Assembly: GCA_963777155.1 (NCBI GenBank)
Contig: CAVZPM010000036.1
Location: 76,483 to 140,482 of the forward strand
Direction: 5' to 3'
DNA from: Candidatus Bathyarchaeota archaeon
GTDB lineage: Archaea > Thermoproteota > Bathyarchaeia > Bathyarchaeales > Bathycorpusculaceae
Length of the DNA: 64,000 nucleotides
Numbering within the stretch: position 1 is the first letter of the stretch; every line of letters begins with the position of its first letter. Of the stretch, positions 53,734 to 62,525 are shown piece by piece. The translations under genes were made by a program, and so were the position numbers. The notes under the pieces are model-generated. The model saw only the letters and a program-made list of their open reading frames with translations, did not search any database and was not told where the DNA came from.

Positions 53734-55698
53734 TTATTTACTTTTAATTGGTAGGCGGATTGTAAATGTTGTGCCCTTACCTTCTTGGCTCTCAAAGGAG
53801 ACAGTTCCACCCAATGACTCAGTCATTCGTTTAACAACTGGTAAACCGAAACCCTGTCCTTTAGACTTCGTTGTAAACATTAACGTAAACATTTTATCTT
53901 GTATGTTTTTGGGGATGCCTACACCAGTATCTGAAACGGTTATGACTGTGTCGTTTGCTTCTTTATGAGCCTCTATAGTTAATTTACCCCCCTGCGGCAT
54001 CGCTTGAACAGCATTGGTAACTAAATTGCTTAAGATGCGGTTCAAATAATAGGCATCTGCGCTAATTTTACTTGTATCCTCTGCCACGTTAACGTTTACT
54101 TCAACATTTTCAGGTAAACCATTCTTTGCAATCAAACCTTCAACAATTTGCTTCAAATCACTTTCTTCCGCCTTGGGGTTAAGTGGTCTTGCATAATCTT
54201 GAAGGTCTTGAACGATTTTGTTAATGTAATCAATGTTCTTTTCAATTTCACCCATACTTTCTAATGCATTCTTCTTTTCTTTACTATCTGGAAGGTCAGC
54301 TAATTCTGTCTTAGCCAAGAATAAGTCACCAGTTATAGCCTGTAATGGATTACGAATATCATGTCCAACCATTCCTGCTGTTGCTCCGATAGTGGCTAAA
54401 CGTTCTGCGTCTTTAAGTTGCTTAGTTCTTTCTTCAACAAGTTTCTCTAAGTTGTTTTGGTAATCTTTAAGCTTCGATTCCGCTATCTTGCGTTCAGTAA
54501 TGTCTTCAAAAATCGCTACGAAGTATCCTTTCAGTGGACTGTATATTGAAGCGTGATACCACTTATCAACAACTGGCGAATACCTCTCAATAGAAGTCGC
54601 TGCCCCTGTAAGAGCTACATTTCCATAAATGCCAATCCATTTGGCAGGGTCCTTACTAACCTCAAATAAAACTTCAGTTCCCCTTTTTCCTATCAAGTTT
54701 TCTCTTTTAACTCCAACGAAGTGCTCAGCGGCATCATTTGCGTCAAGGTAAATATAGTCAATTGGGTTTCCTGACGTATCAGTTACAATTTTACAGTAAA
54801 CAAATCCGTCAATCATATTAGAGAAAAAGTCAGCGATTTGCTTACGGTCAGACCTAAATGCTTCTGCCCATTTACCAGCTAAGTCGGCGCCTACTTTTTG
54901 CCTAGAAGCAAGAATAGCAGCCGTTAAGTAAAGAGTTCCAACATACAAACCTATTCTTCCGAGCCAAGTTGGCACATCGCCAATAGCTTTTTGTTCGAAA
55001 GCACTAAACAGCCCAACACTAAAGAGCCCAATGGCAAGAGCATACCAATAAAGCGAAGATGACTTCGACCTCAAGTATTGAATTCCAAAAATTATAGAGG
55101 CAACTGCAAAAAAGAAAACGGCTGAACCCAAAATAACCTGTCTCAGCAAAGTTGGTCCTGACGCTGCAAAGAACAGTGGATAGTAACCCAACAAAGCTAT
55201 GGTCGTATTAACCAATACGAAAATTACAGATGCGGTGTAGGCAATTGCAAGTAGTCTTTTTCGGTTAGGTGTTTTACTTTCCTCATTTCCTGTAAAAGCC
55301 AAAATGGCGCTCAACACTTGTAATGTTGAAGCGACTAAGATGCATGGGTTTGAAAGGGCAATACTTTTGTTTACTGAGAATGTTTGAGCCCAACCAGAAA
55401 TTATCACAGAAACGCCGAATACAATGATGGAACAACTGTTAATAATAACAATCGCTGAACCTTCTTTCAAGAAGCTTTTTGCAGAAATAAATGATATTGC
55501 GAGAGTTGCTGTAGTCCAAAAAATTAAGTTTAGTGACAAGAGCAGATAAGGCGGATTAAAAAATATATCATTTGAAAAACCAAAAACCAAAGTTACAAGA
55601 ATGGCAATCAGAAGCGCAATTACTGGAATTAACGCAAGCTTGGCTGATGGCATTTTATTTAGACAATACAAGCACTCAGTATTTATCACTATAGGCAT
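53734..55698 (-). CDS. Membrane PAS-domain sensor histidine kinase (start possibly 55653)
   Basis: About 8 TM helices, PAS domain, GHDIRNPL H-box, and NAVQA, DTGVG and GQGFGL boxes. Confidence 0.93.
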   Translation of the reverse strand: MPIVINTECLYCLNKMPSAKLALIPVIALLIAILVTLVFGFSNDIFFNPPYLLLSLNLIFWTTATLAISFISAKSFLKEGSAIVIINSCSIIVFGVSVIISGWAQTFSVNKSIALSNPCILVASTLQVLSAILAFTGNEESKTPNRKRLLAIAYTASVIFVLVNTTIALLGYYPLFFAASGPTLLRQVILGSAVFFFAVASIIFGIQYLRSKSSSLYWYALAIGLFSVGLFSAFEQKAIGDVPTWLGRIGLYVGTLYLTAAILASRQKVGADLAGKWAEAFRSDRKQIADFFSNMIDGFVYCKIVTDTSGNPIDYIYLDANDAAEHFVGVKRENLIGKRGTEVLFEVSKDPAKWIGIYGNVALTGAATSIERYSPVVDKWYHASIYSPLKGYFVAIFEDITERKIAESKLKDYQNNLEKLVEERTKQLKDAERLATIGATAGMVGHDIRNPLQAITGDLFLAKTELADLPDSKEKKNALESMGEIEKNIDYINKIVQDLQDYARPLNPKAEESDLKQIVEGLIAKNGLPENVEVNVNVAEDTSKISADAYYLNRILSNLVTNAVQAMPQGGKLTIEAHKEANDTVITVSDTGVGIPKNIQDKMFTLMFTTKSKGQGFGLPVVKRMTESLGGTVSFESQEGKGTTFTIRLPIKSK

Positions 55699-56064
55699 TT
55701 ACTTCTAAGCTGGGGCTACCTTTTTTCTAATAATTATCCCTCCATTTTCCACCCTAATTAAGAATTAGGTTTTGGGCTTCTTAGGGAATAATTATCTCAA
55801 ATAGAAATCTATTTGCTAGTATTTTCAAGTGGTTTTAAGTAAAAACCTCTACCGTTATTGGTGGGTATTGGTTTTGGTTTGAGATTATGAGCAAGACGAT
55901 TGGGACTTGCTTGACCAGTCAGCCAAGCGTGTTTTTGTAGCTCTATCTGAATTTGAGAAAGTCTTTTGCCAAACTCATCGACAACCCTGATCCGTCAAGT
56001 AGGTTTGAGCCTTACGATTTCTATATCGATTTTGTGAATCTTTTCTTATTAGAAGCGGTTTAGG

Positions 56065-57366
56065 TTAACCGGCGGCTGTAGTCATCGGTTGCCAATTGAG
56101 GTTAGATCCAATGTTAGGATTAAAGCTAGCTGATTCTCCTAGCACATACTCTCCAAGACTGTTGGTCCAAACGCTGCTATACCCTGCTGGCAGATCAACT
56201 GTTGTACCCGTAATTGGGTTGTTGTAGGGTTGAATTTCTAAAATCTGGTTGCAAAAGTCCTTAACTAACCCGTCATTTATGTTTTGTCGTTGTTCCCAAT
56301 CTTGCAGGTTTTGGTCGCTTATTTCATTGCTTGTTTGACTCAATATTTGGCTGAGTTGACCTATGCTCTGGATTTGTCTTATTTCATTTTGGATAAGATA
56401 AACCACTAGTTGGTTGTATTTGTTTAGCCAATTCTTGTCTGTCTGTGCTGAAAACGCTATTGTTTGAAAAACTTCTGTTTCTTGGTCCAATTTTCCTTTT
56501 TCAGCTCTAAAAGAGGCTAAATAACTCATGTACCAATTGTTGCTTGTTTGTGTTCCATAGATAGATTCGGTGGGGATTTTTAGTGATTGAATTACACAGT
56601 AGAGTTCATCTTCCATCTGTACTCCGTTTAGTGTGTATTCGACTCTGATTTTTCCGCTTTCTGCTGATGAAGATATGCCCGTGGTTGGCTCTGTTCCTGT
56701 TGTAAAGAGTTGGTCTAGTTCAGGCAGGTAGTTTTCGCTAATTATCTGGAGGTTTTCTGCGTCGGCTCTGTAGGTTGGAAGTATGTTTTGTTCCAGAGCC
56801 TCTATTGGACCTAATGGATTCTGTACTAATGCGCCAAAATAGGTTGATCCTGGAGGGTTGGTTTGTTGGATGAGCGGGTTATCTGTCCAGAAGAAAGCTT
56901 GGTTTGGAAAGATTTCGAATTCTTCGTAGCCATTTGGGTTCCAGGCTCTTATGAATGCAGTAGCTGGCATGGCGGGGTTATCAAAAATCCAGTTTATGCT
57001 TCCTTGAAATTGCCAGTCTGTTGGGATAAGAATCGTGAAAGCGGTAGTTCCAATTCCTTGGGTATCTGTGTAGCTTTCTGTTTTATATTTGACCAATGAA
57101 TCTGAATTGGCTCCTCCGTTTGTATTTGTTGAGGCAGGTGTCGGTCCAGTTGGGGTTGGGGTTTGGGTTGGGTAAGGTATTATGGTTTGATTTGAAGATC
57201 CATTGCTTGAAAGTAAATAGATAATGGGCACTGTTATTATGATTGCAATTAATGCTGCTACGATGATGAGGTTTTTCTTGTTGAGTTTTGTTGGAGGGGG
57301 CGGAAGTGGCGGTGGTGGGGGTAAATCAGCGTTTGTAGTCATAATGATCTTCCTTTTTTCTTTCAA
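56065..57366 (-). CDS. Membrane-anchored extracellular hypothetical protein
   Basis: Poly-Pro N-terminus, single TM helix, PT linker and large globular domain. Confidence 0.8.
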   Translation of the reverse strand: MKEKRKIIMTTNADLPPPPPLPPPPTKLNKKNLIIVAALIAIIITVPIIYLLSSNGSSNQTIIPYPTQTPTPTGPTPASTNTNGGANSDSLVKYKTESYTDTQGIGTTAFTILIPTDWQFQGSINWIFDNPAMPATAFIRAWNPNGYEEFEIFPNQAFFWTDNPLIQQTNPPGSTYFGALVQNPLGPIEALEQNILPTYRADAENLQIISENYLPELDQLFTTGTEPTTGISSSAESGKIRVEYTLNGVQMEDELYCVIQSLKIPTESIYGTQTSNNWYMSYLASFRAEKGKLDQETEVFQTIAFSAQTDKNWLNKYNQLVVYLIQNEIRQIQSIGQLSQILSQTSNEISDQNLQDWEQRQNINDGLVKDFCNQILEIQPYNNPITGTTVDLPAGYSSVWTNSLGEYVLGESASFNPNIGSNLNWQPMTTAAG

Positions 57367-57829
57367 TTCTTTATTGAAATAGAGGTACGGATAAGTTTTT
57401 TGCTTGTTTGAAGTTGTGTTTGCATAAGATTTTGTTCTCCTATCTAAAAATGCCTAAGAACCTATGGGCGCAGTTGTGGTTGGCAGGGAGGAAGTTGAAC
57501 CCCTGTAAAATAACTTCTCAAATCATGGACTGGAAATTGGCTCTATTTTTTACCGGCATTCTCCATCTGAAAACAACAACACTAATGTGCATTGAAAGGG
57601 TTTTGTAACCAAGCAAATCATACTCTTCGACTAACTGCCAAAAGTACAAGCATGCACAGTTAACACCGTAACTTATCGCAATTTTGTATTCTACTTAAGA
57701 ATTATGTTAAAAATGACAAATTATATCCAGTCACCTAAGATAGATCATTCGGTAAAATTCCTTGCTGGTAGTTTAGTAATGATTCTCAAACAGTTAGTTA
57801 TCCAAGTGGCCAAAGAACAATAAATCATG

Positions 57830-57990
57830 CAAATTACACACTAGGGAACAAGTTACTTCAATCCACATGTTAATGTAACAACCTTTGAGGACATTTACTT
57901 TGACAGAAGCACAGGAGTTGCCACCCATTTTGAACAAACCCAAGTTTTCACAACTGATGAGAATTCCACTCAATACAGCATCGGCTCAGT
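57830..57990 (+). pseudogene. Fragment of a surface-protein gene
   Basis: Translates ...TTFEDIYFDRSTGVATHFEQTQVF...; runs into the 57990 site. Confidence 0.4.
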
Positions 57991-58062
57991 AATTAAGAAT
58001 TATGTTGGTGAGAATTATATACTCTAAAAATAATGTGTTATTGATCATTTGGGGGTGAAATT

Positions 58063-58458
58063 ATAGCAAAAAACAAAGCCAAATCTATTGAACCCGGTGG
58101 TGTAGATGAATACATAACAAAATTCCCTAAAGAAGAGCAAGCCAGGTTGGCTGAGATTAGGGCTGCAATACGTGAAGTAGCGCCTGACGCCATAGAAACC
58201 GTCAGTTACTTCCAAATCCCGGGATACTACTTCAAGGGTTATAATTATAATGGGATGTTTGCTTGGTTTAGTTACAAGAAACCAAACGTGCGCCTACACG
58301 TGCGTCCTCCAGTATTACAAGACTATAGAAACGAACTTGCAGGCTATAGTACAACCACAGCTATCGTTAGTTTCCCATTACGCAAAGAGATACCAGTGGC
58401 GTTGGTGAAAAAACTCGTGAAAGCAAGCCTAAAAGTAATGAAAAACAGCTCTAGATAG
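58063..58458 (+). CDS. DUF1801 (YdhG-like) protein; apparent ATA start
   Basis: VDEYI..FP...L..IR..I...AP.A.E..SY..P pattern begins upstream of the ORF-track start; GGGGGTGA lies just before ATA. Confidence 0.8.
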   Translation: MAKNKAKSIEPGGVDEYITKFPKEEQARLAEIRAAIREVAPDAIETVSYFQIPGYYFKGYNYNGMFAWFSYKKPNVRLHVRPPVLQDYRNELAGYSTTTAIVSFPLRKEIPVALVKKLVKASLKVMKNSSR

Positions 58459-58969
58459 TCATTTTCACATGCGCTATCATCAGGGTAATAGGCTATCTTT
58501 TAAAAGTTCTTAGGCATCGTAGAGAGGGAGCTGCCAGGTTCAAACTAAACTTCAAAGAATTGGAAAGAACTATGTGAAATCAACCCAATAATTATCAGGG
58601 GATTTTCGGTGATAATTAAGAATTACGATGGTATTTCCCTTGACAATTTTAGTCTATCTTTTGTAAAGTTCTAGCGTAAAAAGTCCACCGAGCTTTAATT
58701 GGTGCTAAACTTTAACCTTATTTGGGTTTTCTGCACTCAGAACAGTTTGGAAAACCAAGTTTAGCTCGCGACTTCCAAGAGCACGCGCGAAGTTTCATAA
58801 GATTTGGGTCTTTTCAATTGGATAGACAAGCATATTTGCTTAACTTGACACGTTTGTAAGTTGATTTTTGAAAAATTGCTAAAGTTGACAAATAGCGTTA
58901 TCGGGCTTTGCAAAAAACTATATATTAAGTCATACGACAAGAGGAGTTAGCAAGAAACGGCAGCGTTAT

Positions 58970-59209
58970 TTGGAGGAAAAAAGAAAAATGCAAAACGAAG
59001 AAATAGCGAATCTAGCAAAGAAAGTAAGAAACCATTTACCTAACGTGGAATCGTTTCCAATAGCTACAATCTATACCACAATCAAAGAGCAAGAGAAAAC
59101 TAAATTGAATCTACCAGACTTTAAACAATTAATTTATCATCTAACTGGCTGGGACATATCCTTCCAAATCATACGCAGACAACTGGAAATAAACCAGATA
59201 GTATGGTGA
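58970..59209 (+). CDS. Small hypothetical protein
   Basis: 79-aa ORF; GGAGG precedes the internal ATG (MQNEE). Confidence 0.5.
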   Translation: MEEKRKMQNEEIANLAKKVRNHLPNVESFPIATIYTTIKEQEKTKLNLPDFKQLIYHLTGWDISFQIIRRQLEINQIVW

Positions 59210-59306
59210 GCAACGAACGCACTTCTTTTTGGTGACTTGAAATGGCGGATAAGAAATATTATGGTGGCATTGCGTTGTTCCTAATGCAGCATAATGAAAA
59301 AAGTAA

Positions 59307-59463
59307 AGAGGGAGACAAGTATGTGCCGCGTATTTAAGAGAGAAGTCATTGTGTGATAGAACTCTCTCACCAGCCGATCCATAAGTTCTGAAGTGCGCAC
59401 TAAAAAAGATGGGTAAGCGGGTGATATCTCCATTCACAGAGGGTTCGAATCTCACTCCCTTTC
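59307..59463 (+). ncRNA. tRNA-like structured element (not a canonical tRNA)
   Basis: 7-bp AGAGGGA/TCCCTTT stem, T-arm GAGGG-TTCGAAT-CTCAC and internal hairpins. Confidence 0.4.
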
Positions 59464-59671
59464 TACTAATTCTTAGCTCCTGAAAACAACTTAATTAAAT
59501 CCTAAAGGATCCTCTTGATAGGGGAAGGTTTAATCGGCCACTTCAATGGGATATCCATCAGAATCAAGAGTGGCGTCAACGATGGATTAATGAGGCAGAG
59601 AAGTGGCAAGACAAGATTCCGGAGGCAAGGGAATTCCTCAAGAAAGTTGGTCGCAATATTAATTCTTCCTG

Positions 59672-59759
59672 AAGCTCTGCAATCATGCGGGCTTAAAGTA
59701 CATTAACCCAGTGCCAAAAGAAATACTCAAACATTTCAAAGAACAAAACAAGTAAGCAC
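59672..59759 (+). pseudogene. 3' fragment of the PIN gene at 37135-37222
   Basis: 88 bp with 4 mismatches; includes the stop codon. Confidence 0.9.
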
Positions 59760-59986
59760 CGAAGCGTACCAAGCAAAAATAACCAACATAAAAACAACAA
59801 AAAAAAGCCACATAAGCTAAAGTTGAATCTTTTTCTTTCAAGAACTTGGAATAATCATAAACACGTTTTGCAGGAACCTGTAAACCATCCGTAGGTTTTT
59901 TTCGGTTAAGTTTTTTTCCACTTACTGAAGTAACCTTAAAGCTAAATCAGTATGGGTAAGTTGATTTGTTGAAGAGCTTCTTTTCT

Positions 59987-60403
59987 TCACTGAGAAAACA
60001 GTGTTGCAAACGTTCGAACTGCGACGTGTTTTTTAGCCTTCATTTCAAGCTTCTTATCTTCTGTAACTAGTGGGAGCCCTCTTTGTTTGGCGAAGAACAC
60101 ATAGCTTGAATCGTAAAAAGAGAGTGTCTCATTTTGTGCAATTTCCAGGATTTTCTGAAAATCTTCGCCATCGTTTTTCACCTGATCAATCTTGGCAAGA
60201 ATAGTCTGAGACCTGCTTCCTATCTTCTTAGCTTCTTCAGGTGTTAGAAACTTCAAGAGGGTGCTTTCTTTCCAAACTGCGTTGCCTACCTCGTAGAAGG
60301 TTAGATCAAGAATCAAAGAGTCCTGCAGACACTCAACTGTTAATTTGACGTCTGCTTTTTTGATTAAAAGCATAAGCGAGCTTGCGTCTAGAAGATATTT
60401 CAT
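59987..60403 (-). CDS. vapC: PIN-domain toxin
   Basis: LLDASS, YEVGNAVWK, YDSSY and TEDKKL motifs. Confidence 0.92.
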   Translation of the reverse strand: MKYLLDASSLMLLIKKADVKLTVECLQDSLILDLTFYEVGNAVWKESTLLKFLTPEEAKKIGSRSQTILAKIDQVKNDGEDFQKILEIAQNETLSFYDSSYVFFAKQRGLPLVTEDKKLEMKAKKHVAVRTFATLFSQ

Positions 60404-60624
60404 CGTTGGTCTCTTGATTCCCGTACGGCTTTTATTATTTCTTCGTCGGGAATCTTTTCTAGCAGAGTCTTCATTTCGATAATCGCGTCTGTTAGTTCTT
60501 GCCTTTCGCGTTTTCTGATTTCTTCTTCTATTGCTTGTCTTGCGATTTTACTGACGCTTATCTTGTATTTTCTTATCTTTCCTTTTAGAGCTTTGTCAAC
60601 CCTTACAGTAAGTACTTCTGACAT
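60400..60624 (-). CDS. RHH/CcdA-like antitoxin
   Basis: MSEVLTVRVDK...VRESRDQR; ATGA overlap with the toxin. Confidence 0.85.
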   Translation of the reverse strand: MSEVLTVRVDKALKGKIRKYKISVSKIARQAIEEEIRKRERQELTDAIIEMKTLLEKIPDEEIIKAVRESRDQR

Positions 60625-60832
60625 ACAAATATTGTATGGCAAATAACGTATATAAAATTATTGTTGTGCAATATTAAAATAACCAACATAAGAATCGCAC
60701 CCTAAAAATCCTTTGTGATTGAGCTTTGCGTTTTTTTGGTTTCTTGTTATTTTGATTAACCTCTGAAGTCTTATTGTTTTTGGTGAATTGTGAAATAAAT
60801 TAAAACTGATTTTACTTAGCTTTGAGCCCCTA

Positions 60833-60973
60833 AACCCGTTACCTAATCATGAACCAATGGAAAAAATGTAGACAGAAGCTCTATATTGTCCAATCTGTGG
60901 AAGAGTCTTCAAAACCAAAATTGATCTTGATCTGCACATCATAACGGAACACAAGCAAACTAAGAAAGCCTAA
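60833..60973 (+). pseudogene. 5'-truncated copy of the C2H2 zinc-finger gene 48488-48718
   Basis: NPLPNHEPMEKM*TEALYCPICGRVFKTKIDLDLHIITEHKQTKKA; similarity extends ~45 bp past the stop. Confidence 0.88.
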
Positions 60974-61080
60974 ATAGCGCCCGTTAGTAGAAGGTTGGCT
61001 GTGAAAGCACGGCAGCAGTCATTTAGATATCGGCTGGTAGGTTATTGTTCCTTTGTTTACAGTTGTTTTCAGGGTTATGG

Positions 61081-61143
61081 TGCCTCAATGATGCGTTTGC
61101 CTATGGGTAAACCCAAACCCATACCTAGCACTTTAGATGAAAG
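61081..61143 (-). pseudogene. HATPase G2-box fragment
   Basis: LSSKVLGMGLGLPIGKRIIEA. Confidence 0.6.
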
Positions 61144-61150
61144 TTGTCAA

Positions 61151-61555
61151 TTAACCACGTATTTTTAGAAGCTCAACGTTCAGGTTATTGAATTCTTTAT
61201 CGCTACCAACTACGAGTTTGGTTTTTAGTGTCTCGGCTGTAGCAACTGCGAATGCGTCGGCAATTGACATTGCATGGTCACATTTTATTTTTGCTGCCGC
61301 ACGCCACAAACCATCATCATTAATGGGAACAATCTTCAAACCATAAAGTCGCAGGTTTCTTTGCTTTTCCTCAGCTATTTTAGGGCTCACTCTTGACAAA
61401 ATATAGTAAATTTCTGTTAGATTTAGAATGTTTATGTAGCCTTCAATCTCTCCGTTCTGAACCTTTTCAAGATTATCTCTTACTAGTTCGGCTCCAACTT
61501 CACCTAGAAAGAAAGCCAAAATGGCTTCAGAGTCAAATGTTAGACGATCCGGCAC
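61151..61555 (-). CDS. vapC: PIN-domain toxin
   Basis: FDSEA, NLTEIYY, SIADAFA and GSDKEF motifs. Confidence 0.92.
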   Translation of the reverse strand: MPDRLTFDSEAILAFFLGEVGAELVRDNLEKVQNGEIEGYINILNLTEIYYILSRVSPKIAEEKQRNLRLYGLKIVPINDDGLWRAAAKIKCDHAMSIADAFAVATAETLKTKLVVGSDKEFNNLNVELLKIRG

Positions 61556-61811
61556 GTTTAATCCACTCTTTGTCTTTTACGAATTCTTCTTTTCGGACCT
61601 CTTTTAGCAATTCTTGTGCAGTTTTTCCTTTGAAAACAGTTTTCAATGAACCTAAATCATCATTTGGCGCAGGTAGAGGTTTTAGGATTATTCCTTTTTC
61701 ATTTTCTTCTATAAACACTTTATCTTTGATACCGTACTTCTTTCTGATTCTCTTTGGAATAGTTGCCTGCCCCTTCTTTGTAACGCTAACAACTTCAACC
61801 ATTGATGCCAC
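61533..61811 (-). CDS. AbrB/MazE-type antitoxin
   Basis: VTKKGQATIPKRIRKKYGI. Confidence 0.92.
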   Translation of the reverse strand: MASMVEVVSVTKKGQATIPKRIRKKYGIKDKVFIEENEKGIILKPLPAPNDDLGSLKTVFKGKTAQELLKEVRKEEFVKDKEWIKRAGSSNI

Positions 61812-62044
61812 CAGTAATACCTAATATTTTGGTAATACTTAAAACTTATTGATTAACTATTTTTTTCTTTCCAACATTTTTTCAATGGTACACATTTAAA
61901 TTAATAACATGATTTTATATAGCTCTGAGCGCCAATGTATGATGTTTATTCTGAATCAGAAATATCCCGATGACAAGCAGTTTACCGCAGTTTTTCCATT
62001 AAAACGCCGATTATCTTCTAAAAACAATTTTTCAGTTGTCCAAA

Positions 62045-62131
62045 GGCGTTGCGGGAAAGTATGTGGTGGAGGTTGATTTGGTTCCTGCGCAACTTACTGC
62101 TTATGATGCATCATGGATAAAGGTGACCTAA
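62045..62131 (+). pseudogene. Orphan last 28 codons of an LTAYD-domain gene
   Basis: GVAGKYVVEVDLVPAQLTAYDASWIKVT*. Confidence 0.88.
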
Positions 62132-62525
62132 ATGAGCAAGCCTTACCTAGAAACTTTGAAAAAAGTTTCTTGTAGTCACCAAAAATATTGTGGTGCACTA
62201 ATTTCGAGATTCAGCCAAAGCAGTAGGGCAAGACTGGAATAACTAGGCCTTCTTCGCTGTTGTTATTTTGTGGCTGGATGCAGTTTGAGTTTTATCAAAG
62301 GAGTATTACTGGATTCGAAATATGATTCATATTGCTGTTTAGCTCAGAATGCAATTGTATTGTCTTGTTTGCGAGGATTAGTTGGAGAAGGCGTCAGTGA
62401 GCCTATTGTCATCTAGTCAGCTCGAGATGCGAATTAGTTGGTCTATCTACGGTAAGTGGGGTCTCTGGCGTTGTTATATTTGTTTTAAGTTTTGTTTTTC
62501 TGGAGTTGCTGGAGAAGGGAGATAG

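Larger units (their letters stand above)
53668..58625 (+). repeat. Five co-oriented intergenic TAATTAAGAATTA sites (53668, 55755, 57692, 57990, 58613)
   Basis: Three exact copies and two with one mismatch; weaker reverse-strand copies at 26194 and 59467. Confidence 0.85.

Noticed and set aside
59307-59463. Canonical tRNA gene
   Set aside because: No D-arm GG, no clear anticodon loop, a T-stem mismatch and AT-rich stems.
47305-62131. Classical integron
   Set aside because: No IntI, no attC-like RYYYAAC...GTTRRRY hairpins recognised, and genes lie in mixed orientation.
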